A stretch of 64,000 nt of DNA from Thermoproteota archaeon (GTDB taxonomy: Archaea > Korarchaeota > Korarchaeia > Korarchaeales > Korarchaeaceae): NCBI GenBank assembly GCA_026986575.1, contig JALSOH010000009.1, positions 128,001 through 192,000 of the forward strand, given 5' to 3'. Below the pieces are notes generated by a model. The model saw nothing but the letters and a program-made list of their open reading frames with translations. It was not told the origin of the DNA and made no database searches. Shown here piece after piece: positions 57,426-64,000 of this stretch. Position 1 is the stretch's first letter, and every line of letters starts with the position of its first letter. Both the position numbers and the translations under genes were made by a program.

Positions 57426-59977
57426 ATGATGTGGTCGGCCACGTGATCTCCCGCTCCACCCCAAAGAGGATCATGTTCGTGGTTCTAAAGGGGTCTAGGG
57501 TTGGAATGGGGGATTTTTACGTGGTCAACCATCCTTGGAAGGGAGTTCCCGTCTTCCTCAGGGTCAGGGAAATCCAGACCATGAATGAGGAGGTGGACCT
57601 GGGAAGGACAGGTCTCCTAGCCAGCAGCTCGGGACTCATCTCGGACTACAGCAGTGAGCTAGAGTACGTGATAGTGGAGAGTGAGGTCTTGGGGTACAGG
57701 GATCCGGAGAGTGGTAGGATAAGGGGGCTGGAAGCTCCTCCATCCACCCTCTCACCCGTCAGGCGTCCCTCTAAGTCTGATCTGGTCTCCTTCCTTGGCC
57801 AAGGGGATGGCAGGGGCCTCCCCGTGAGGATAGGGAGGGTGAAGGGAACGTCGGTCCCGTTCCATCTGGACCTAGCCTCAGTGGCTAGGGGCCACATGTT
57901 CGTGACTGGGATGACTAGGAGCGGGAAGAGCGTTACCGAGGACACGATCGTCCTCCTCTTCAACAGGGAGAAAGGGAAGTACTTCTTAGGCCCCATAAGG
58001 AAGTTTGTGGATCCCTACCTTCCAAGGAGGGCTAGGAGGGGGATAGTGGACATGAGGGGGTGGGGATGGGAGACCCTCACCTTGGGCCCCGGGATGAGGC
58101 CAGAGTGGAGACCCATAGCGGGCGCCCTGAGGCATGTGAACGATAAGGAGATATACGAGATCGAGACGGCCACTGGGAGGAAGATCAGGGTCACTGAGGA
58201 CCATAGCCTGCTCGTCACCCCTGACGGGACTAGCGTCGTACCGGTCAAGCCCAAGACGCTTATGGCCATGAGGAGCAAGTACCTGATAGTGCCTAGGGGG
58301 GCTCCTTTACCGAAGCCCAAGTCCACCAGCTTGTACATGGACAGGCTCATAGGCATTGCCCTAGCCTCGGGGGTCCCCTACTTCGAGGGAGGGATCCTTA
58401 TAATGGATCCATCGCCTGCAGACGTGAGAGTAGCATGTATGGAGGCAGGAGTGGACTGCGAGAGCATGGGCAGGGCCGCGATACGCGCTAGGTCGGAGCT
58501 TCTCATGGACGCGGTGGCAGAGGGGCTGGCTTCGATCCTCAATCTCCCGATGAGTCACCAGCACTTCACCGGTTCCTTCCTGTATCCCCTGCCCAGCGCT
58601 CTCAAGGAGTACCTCTACAGGAGGCTCCTTCCCTACATGAACGGGAAGTCATTGGTGATGATGGAGAGCGAGGACAGGATCCTCTCGGCCTCCATACTGC
58701 TCTCATTGGTTGGGGTGACGACCCTAGAGATGTGCGAGAGGGGACTGAAGCTGGATCCAGCCACCGCCGCCATGCTCAGGGACAAGCTGGAGATGCCGCA
58801 TATGTTCGTGGAGGAGATGGATGGAGCTCTAACGCTCGGCGATCCGAGGAGGGAGACCAAGGTAGCTGAGGGAGTCATCCAGAAGGGATGGGTGGATTTG
58901 GAGAGGGTGGTCAGGGTCGAGAGGCTCTACTCGAGGCAGGAGTTCGTTTACGATCTGGATGTGCCGGGAGCCCAGAACTTCCTAGCCAACGGGATCTTCG
59001 CCCACAACAGCAGTTTCGTCTCCAGCCTCATCTCGAAGTCATCGCGGCTCCATCCTAGGCCCGGTTTCCTTGTGCTGGACAGGAGGGGGGAGTACGTCGG
59101 ACTTGCGAAGAGAGGAGCCGTGATTTACGACTACACAGCATTCCTCCCCAAGCACGGCCTAGCTAGGCCTGCTGACGTGGCGAGGAGGTTGGGATACAGG
59201 CAGGGGACTCTCTCCCACAGGCTAGTGCTCTCGGCAGCCGAGGAGGTCATGAGTGAGGGCGAGGAGCCGGACCTCCAATCCCTGATCAGGGCGCTCAGGA
59301 GGTTAGCGAGGGAGATGAGGGTCAAATCCTCCCTCGTGGCTGAAGTAGAGGCGAGGTTGAGGAGGGAGTTCCCCAACTTGGTAGCTGGGGGCGGGGGCCT
59401 CGACGTGGTCGAGGAGGTGAGGAAGAACCCCCTCGTCGTAGTGGACTTCTCCTCAGACACGAGGTACGAGGACCAATTCTATGCGGTCAGGGAGATGGTA
59501 AGGAGGCTCACCAATTACGCCGTGTCTAGGAGGAACGAGGGGGATTTCGCCCTCATCGTCGTCGTAGAGGAAGCCCAGTATCTGGTTCCGGAGAGGGGTT
59601 ACACCATAGTCGGGGATCCCTACGAGGCAGGGGCTGCTCAGGCCATAATAGAGGCGATAAGCCAGGCCGGCGGCTACAATTTGGGCTTCGTGGTGGTGAC
59701 CCAGAGGCCGGCATACGTGAGCAAGAGCGTTATAAGCCAGACCAACACGGTGGCGGCCTTCAGGTTGAGGAACGGGAACGATCAGGAGGCCATCATGAAG
59801 TACACTGAGGCGGAGGATCTCTCCAATTACTTGGCGATGCTCTCCGACCACGAAGCCTTGCTATGGGGCATGGCCAGTCCCATACCCTTCCCGGTACAGG
59901 TGGAGGTTGAAGTAGTGAGCCTGCCGGCGAAGGCCTCTAGGCCGCCAGAGGAGGCTTGGGCGCGCATGCGCGGATAA
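57422..59977 (+). CDS. herA: HerA-family ATPase (HAS barrel plus P-loop) containing an intein
   Basis: HMFVTGMTRSGK/S Walker A, D..GEY, VVEEAQ Walker B, TQRP and SQTNT; overlaps the nurA stop. Confidence 0.9.
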   Translation: MNDVVGHVISRSTPKRIMFVVLKGSRVGMGDFYVVNHPWKGVPVFLRVREIQTMNEEVDLGRTGLLASSSGLISDYSSELEYVIVESEVLGYRDPESGRIRGLEAPPSTLSPVRRPSKSDLVSFLGQGDGRGLPVRIGRVKGTSVPFHLDLASVARGHMFVTGMTRSGKSVTEDTIVLLFNREKGKYFLGPIRKFVDPYLPRRARRGIVDMRGWGWETLTLGPGMRPEWRPIAGALRHVNDKEIYEIETATGRKIRVTEDHSLLVTPDGTSVVPVKPKTLMAMRSKYLIVPRGAPLPKPKSTSLYMDRLIGIALASGVPYFEGGILIMDPSPADVRVACMEAGVDCESMGRAAIRARSELLMDAVAEGLASILNLPMSHQHFTGSFLYPLPSALKEYLYRRLLPYMNGKSLVMMESEDRILSASILLSLVGVTTLEMCERGLKLDPATAAMLRDKLEMPHMFVEEMDGALTLGDPRRETKVAEGVIQKGWVDLERVVRVERLYSRQEFVYDLDVPGAQNFLANGIFAHNSSFVSSLISKSSRLHPRPGFLVLDRRGEYVGLAKRGAVIYDYTAFLPKHGLARPADVARRLGYRQGTLSHRLVLSAAEEVMSEGEEPDLQSLIRALRRLAREMRVKSSLVAEVEARLRREFPNLVAGGGGLDVVEEVRKNPLVVVDFSSDTRYEDQFYAVREMVRRLTNYAVSRRNEGDFALIVVVEEAQYLVPERGYTIVGDPYEAGAAQAIIEAISQAGGYNLGFVVVTQRPAYVSKSVISQTNTVAAFRLRNGNDQEAIMKYTEAEDLSNYLAMLSDHEALLWGMASPIPFPVQVEVEVVSLPAKASRPPEEAWARMRG
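57929..59008 (+). mobile_element. 360-aa intein with degenerate LAGLIDADG region, inserted in the Walker A motif
   Basis: Begins SVTEDT after GK; block B VTEDHSL; block F/G VYDLDVPGAQNFLANGIFAHN; +1 residue Ser. Confidence 0.95.
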
Positions 59978-60023
59978 AATTTTAACATGCTCACTTTTTA
60001 TAGAACGGAACGGCCTAAGCCCT

Positions 60024-61544
60024 ATGAGTTCGTTCAACCCCATTCCAGAGGGGTCGAGGCGGGTCAGGATATTCGACTCGACCCTCAGCCAGGGGGAGCT
60101 GGTCCCGGGAATATCCTTCTCAACCCAAGCCAAGATGGAGATAGCCATGAACCTCGACGCCCTCGGCGTTGATGTGATAGAGGCTGGATTCCCCGCTGCC
60201 TCCGAGGGAGAGAGAAAGGCTGTTTCCGAAGTGGTCAAGGCCGTTAAGCGCATATCCAGAGCTGGCTTCTCCGCAGAGATATGCGCCTTGGCTAGGGCCC
60301 TCCCAACAGATGTGGAGCTTGCCTTGGAGACTGAGGCGGACTGCGTTCACATCTTCATGCCAGCAAGCAAGCTCCACTTAGAGAAGAGGCTTAGAATGAG
60401 CTATGAGGAGGCCTTAAATCACGTGATTGACTCGGTGAGCAAGGCAAAGTCGGGAGGAGCCGTGGTGGAGTTCACCGCCGAGGACGCGTCCAGGGCCGAT
60501 CCGGACTTCCTTTGGAGGCTCTGCAAGAGTGCCGAGGAGGCTGGGGCCGACAGGGTAAATCTCACCGACTCTGTTGGCGCGCTTACGCCAGAGGGAGCCG
60601 CTAGCATGGTTAGAGAGGCAAAGAAGCACCTCACCAAGCCCGTAAGCGTGGCCTTCTTCAACGATCTGGGAATGGCCACTGCAAATTCCGTGGCCGCGGT
60701 CCTCGCTGGGGCCGATCAGGTTCACACTTCCGTCAATGGGCTCGGACCCAAGGCGGGATTGGCCCCCTTGGAGCAGGTCGCAGTCGCTCTCAACGTGCTC
60801 GCGAAGGTAGAGACGGGCGTGCAGCTTCAGCTCCTGTCTGAGGTGAGTGAGCTTGTGGAGAGATTGAGCGGAGTGCCTATATACGAGATCGCCCCTATAG
60901 TCGGTCCCCTCACTTACACTTACGAGGCAGGCGTGCATGTCCACGCGATATCGGTTGACCCCTCCACATACGAGCTCGTCCCTCCGGAGAGGGTCGGTAG
61001 GAGGAGGCGTTTCATCGTGGGCAAACTGTCAGGCAGGACTGCCGTGGTGCAGACCCTCAGGGAGATGGGGTATGAGGTGGATGAGGCCAAGGTGGAGGAG
61101 ATACTCGCTAAGGTGAAGGAGCTGGCCGATGAAGGCGTGAGGATAACCGAGGGCGTCTTCAGGTCCATAGTGGAGGAAGTGCTCGGCGAGGGCGGGGGCA
61201 AGTGGTTCGAGGTCCTCGAATGGATGGTCGTCACTGGGAGCGGCGTGACCCCCACGGCCCAAGTGAGGGCGAGGGTAGGAGACAGGGAGCTCAGGTCCGC
61301 GTCCTTCGGCGTCGGTCCCGTGGATGCCCTAGCGAATACCATGAGATCTTTGGAGGGGGTTCCGGACTTCAAGCTCAGGAGGTTCAGGTTGAGGGCCATT
61401 TCATCCGGCACCGACGCGATAGGCGAGGTGCTGATAAGGGTTCTCGGACCTAAAGGTGAGGTGGAAGCGAGCGGGACCAGTCCAGACATACTCGAGGCCT
61501 CACTCAAGGCCTTGGAGGATTCGATAAACAAGATAAAGGGGTGA
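60024..61544 (+). CDS. LeuA/CimA-family DRE-TIM protein with substituted catalytic residues (probable pseudoenzyme)
   Basis: Full TIM barrel, linker and regulatory domain (EAGFP, EDASR, GKLSGR, GVGPVDA), but DSTLSQGEL for DTTLRDGEQ, AFFND for HCHND and GPKAGL for GERAGN. Confidence 0.85.
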   Translation: MSSFNPIPEGSRRVRIFDSTLSQGELVPGISFSTQAKMEIAMNLDALGVDVIEAGFPAASEGERKAVSEVVKAVKRISRAGFSAEICALARALPTDVELALETEADCVHIFMPASKLHLEKRLRMSYEEALNHVIDSVSKAKSGGAVVEFTAEDASRADPDFLWRLCKSAEEAGADRVNLTDSVGALTPEGAASMVREAKKHLTKPVSVAFFNDLGMATANSVAAVLAGADQVHTSVNGLGPKAGLAPLEQVAVALNVLAKVETGVQLQLLSEVSELVERLSGVPIYEIAPIVGPLTYTYEAGVHVHAISVDPSTYELVPPERVGRRRRFIVGKLSGRTAVVQTLREMGYEVDEAKVEEILAKVKELADEGVRITEGVFRSIVEEVLGEGGGKWFEVLEWMVVTGSGVTPTAQVRARVGDRELRSASFGVGPVDALANTMRSLEGVPDFKLRRFRLRAISSGTDAIGEVLIRVLGPKGEVEASGTSPDILEASLKALEDSINKIKG

Positions 61545-61583
61545 ACCCCTCCTCTCCCCCTCCTCCCTCCTTATCCATCCCCG

Positions 61584-62672
61584 CTACCTCACGAGCCCCC
61601 TCCTCACCGCCTCCACCAGCAAGGGGTCAGCCAGCTCGTACAGCCCATCTCTTTTCTCGACGAATCCGTACTCCACGAGCTCTCTCAGATATGTGGTGAT
61701 CTGTTTATCGCTTATCCTAGTTCCCAACGCTATGGTCAGTCCCCTCTTGACGTCTGACCATCTGGAGGGATTCATCAGGATTCTGAGGACCTCCACATAC
61801 CTCTTCCTCGCGATACCCCTGATGGACAGGAAATTCTCCAGCTCCCGAGCAGCCAGGGAAGCTCCTTCATAGATAGTCCTTTCCAGGGCATCCTCGTGCT
61901 CCATCCTCATCCGGTGATAACCGTAGTAGGTGAGCCAACCCACGATCCCATCAAGCTTGTCTACAGCCTCCTCGAGCTCCCTCAGAGGAGGGCTTATCCC
62001 TACCTGCTCGAAACCCTTTGCGAGGAAGTCCAAGGATCTCTCCCGAGGGAACTTCTTGAGCTGAATCTCCGCATAGGCCCTACCGAACAGTGGGGAGGAT
62101 GGATCCTCCCTGCCCAGCAGGCGATCGAGGAGGCCTACTTCAGATCCGGCCAGCAATAGTTTGACCCTCCCCTCATAGTCGTAGATGTGCGCTAGCAGCT
62201 CCGAGAAACCCCTGATGAGCCTGAGGTCCTGCGCTTCATCGAACGCCATCACCAAGTAACTCCCCTCAGACTCGGCCCACTCATTAAGGGCACCTACCAA
62301 TCTTCCAACAGTTGACAGGGACTTTCTCGATATTTCTATGCGGAACCCGGCGATTTCTACCTCCTTTATCTTAGAAAGGAATTTCTTGATCCCCCTTTCC
62401 TGCTCCAAGAGTCTACTCAATTCATCCGACAGGTAAGAGTAGATGTCCTCAGGTGAGATAGATCCGCCGAGCCGCAGATCGATGAGCACGTAAGGTAGAT
62501 CTAGCTCTGATAGAGTGACTCTCACGAGAGACGATTTTCCAGTCCTCCTGATGCCCTTCACCACGGCCATCCTCGAGATAGGATCAAGGAGCTCGGATAT
62601 GAGCGAATCCAGCTCCGCTTCCATGTCGTAGAAATCATCCCTCTTAGATTTCACTTCGAGCGAGAAGTACAA
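61584..62672 (-). CDS. archaeal AAA ATPase (ATPase_2 family) with C-terminal wHTH
   Basis: GIRRTGKSS, FDEAQ, GSEVGLL, PLFGR, DGIVGWL and Y.LADP. Confidence 0.9.
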   Translation of the reverse strand: MYFSLEVKSKRDDFYDMEAELDSLISELLDPISRMAVVKGIRRTGKSSLVRVTLSELDLPYVLIDLRLGGSISPEDIYSYLSDELSRLLEQERGIKKFLSKIKEVEIAGFRIEISRKSLSTVGRLVGALNEWAESEGSYLVMAFDEAQDLRLIRGFSELLAHIYDYEGRVKLLLAGSEVGLLDRLLGREDPSSPLFGRAYAEIQLKKFPRERSLDFLAKGFEQVGISPPLRELEEAVDKLDGIVGWLTYYGYHRMRMEHEDALERTIYEGASLAARELENFLSIRGIARKRYVEVLRILMNPSRWSDVKRGLTIALGTRISDKQITTYLRELVEYGFVEKRDGLYELADPLLVEAVRRGLVR

Positions 62673-62783
62673 CTTACACCCCCTGTAAGTAACTTGCACC
62701 CCGTGTTATTAAATGATGGTGCGATTGAGGATGAAGGATATAAGAGAAAGAGAAAGTGCCTGAAAAAGGAGGTTGAGGGTGGA

Positions 62784-63890
62784 TCAGAGCTTCCAGGGGA
62801 ACTCGACGCCTACCTGATCGGCTACATCCTTCATGTTGGCCATTACCTTCTTGTAGATGGGTATACCTTCCTTCAGTCTCTTCTGGGTGGTGAGCCAGCT
62901 CTTCTCGCCGTGCACCCATATCTTCTTGAAGTCCGGATGGAGCGGAGCTGACTTCAACTTCTGTATCATGTAGTCCATCCTCTCCTTGAACTCGTCCACG
63001 GGCATGAAGTTCTCTATATTGATGGCCATGAAGAAGTGCCCCACATTGCTCGGCCCGGGGCCCTCGGTCTGGCCCACGTCCTTCAGCAGGGCCGCGCCGC
63101 TCAGCACTCCAGAGAAGAGCTCGACCATAACTGCGAGACCATAACCCTTGTGGCCACCGAAGAGCTCACCAAGGCCTCCCAGCGGTAGCAAAGCTCCTTC
63201 CTTCCTTATGACCATGGGATCGTCGGTGAGCTTGCCTTGAGCATCAATACCCCATCCCAGAGGGGCCTTCTTGCCCATCCTCGTGTACACTTCCATTTTC
63301 CCTATCGGCACAATGGACGTGGCCATATCTAGCACCCACGGAGGCGGAGTCTTCGTCGGAGCAGCGACCGCTATGGGGTTAGTCCCTATCCACTTGCCTA
63401 AGGCACCGGTGTGCGCCACCAAGGGCCTTGCGTTGGTCATCGTGACGCCTATCATGTCGTGGTCTAGGGCCATCATCGCGTAGTAGCCGGCGATGCCGAA
63501 GTGGTTGCTCAGCCTCACGGTCACGAAACCTATACCGGCCTCCTTCGCCTTCTTTATCGCCAGCTCCATGGCCTTCCTACCTACTACCTGACCCAGTCCG
63601 GAGTCGCCGTCGATCAGGGCGTAGGCAGGACCCTCTCTCACGATCTGTATGTTCGGGTTGGTCTTCACGGCTCCATTCACTATTCCATCAACGTACCTCT
63701 TCAGCCTTGCGACCCCGTGGGAGCTTATACCCCTCAGATCGGCGGTAACTAGGTTATCAGCGGTCCAACGGGCATGCTCCTCGGGCACACCAAGTTTAAC
63801 GAAGACGGAGGTGACAAAATCCATCAGATCCTCATACTTCACAATATAGTAGTCTTCAGGGGGAACAGGTGGTGACTTATCATAGGACAG
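62784..63890 (-). CDS. Ldh_2-family (malate/L-sulfolactate-type) NAD(P)H oxidoreductase
   Basis: ADLRGISSHG, SNHFGIAGYY, GTNPIA, DMATS and GHKGYGL; frame open to CTG 63890 after a GGGTGAT RBS. Confidence 0.9.
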   Translation of the reverse strand: MSYDKSPPVPPEDYYIVKYEDLMDFVTSVFVKLGVPEEHARWTADNLVTADLRGISSHGVARLKRYVDGIVNGAVKTNPNIQIVREGPAYALIDGDSGLGQVVGRKAMELAIKKAKEAGIGFVTVRLSNHFGIAGYYAMMALDHDMIGVTMTNARPLVAHTGALGKWIGTNPIAVAAPTKTPPPWVLDMATSIVPIGKMEVYTRMGKKAPLGWGIDAQGKLTDDPMVIRKEGALLPLGGLGELFGGHKGYGLAVMVELFSGVLSGAALLKDVGQTEGPGPSNVGHFFMAINIENFMPVDEFKERMDYMIQKLKSAPLHPDFKKIWVHGEKSWLTTQKRLKEGIPIYKKVMANMKDVADQVGVEFPWKL

Positions 63891-64000
63891 GTAGGATCAC
63901 CCGTGTTATATGGCTGCATAATATCCTAAAAAAGTTGGCATCCAATGGCTGATGTAGGGGGCGGGCTTACGATTAAACGGAAAAAGCATAGGCATAGCGT

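Noticed and set aside
1-64000. tRNA or rRNA genes
   Set aside because: No cloverleaf/T-loop signature or rRNA-like stretch was recognised by eye; tRNAscan-SE and Infernal would be needed to exclude them formally.

Overview
Gene-dense archaeal chromosomal segment. TATA-like promoters, GGTGA-type RBS, AGG/ATA codon usage and the gene families suggest a thermophilic TACK-group archaeon, possibly Korarchaeota-like (inference). In order: partial DUF354 gene; a processive GT2 polysaccharide synthase preceded by a TackOD1 zinc-ribbon/REase-fold gene and two ACT-V4R sensor paralogs; a DUF505-like multi-wHTH protein; many toxin-antitoxin pairs (HepT/HEPN-MNT, VapBC, a decayed AbiEi/AbiEii); nickel-pincer cofactor genes (larE, larB, larC, nikR) wrapped around fixCXAB; transporters; class II HMG-CoA reductase with an NSAR/OSBS enzyme; large surface and membrane proteins; an AT-richer decaying island with two convergent Roadblock genes between an intact and a decayed paralog; pstSCAB-phoU; DUF3307-satD with a duplicated palindrome; split lipoate ligase; ferritin-like and SOR-like genes; a CARF-wHTH regulator divergent from a stand-alone nurA-herA pair whose HerA has a P-loop intein and lacks the canonical Arg finger; an intact but apparently catalytically dead LeuA/CimA paralog; an archaeal ATPase and an Ldh_2 dehydrogenase. 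No tRNA, rRNA or CRISPR array was seen. Best candidates for new biology: the CARF-NurA-HerA locus, the LeuA pseudoenzyme and the V4R-TackOD1-GT2 module. All family calls are by-eye motif recognition, not database hits.
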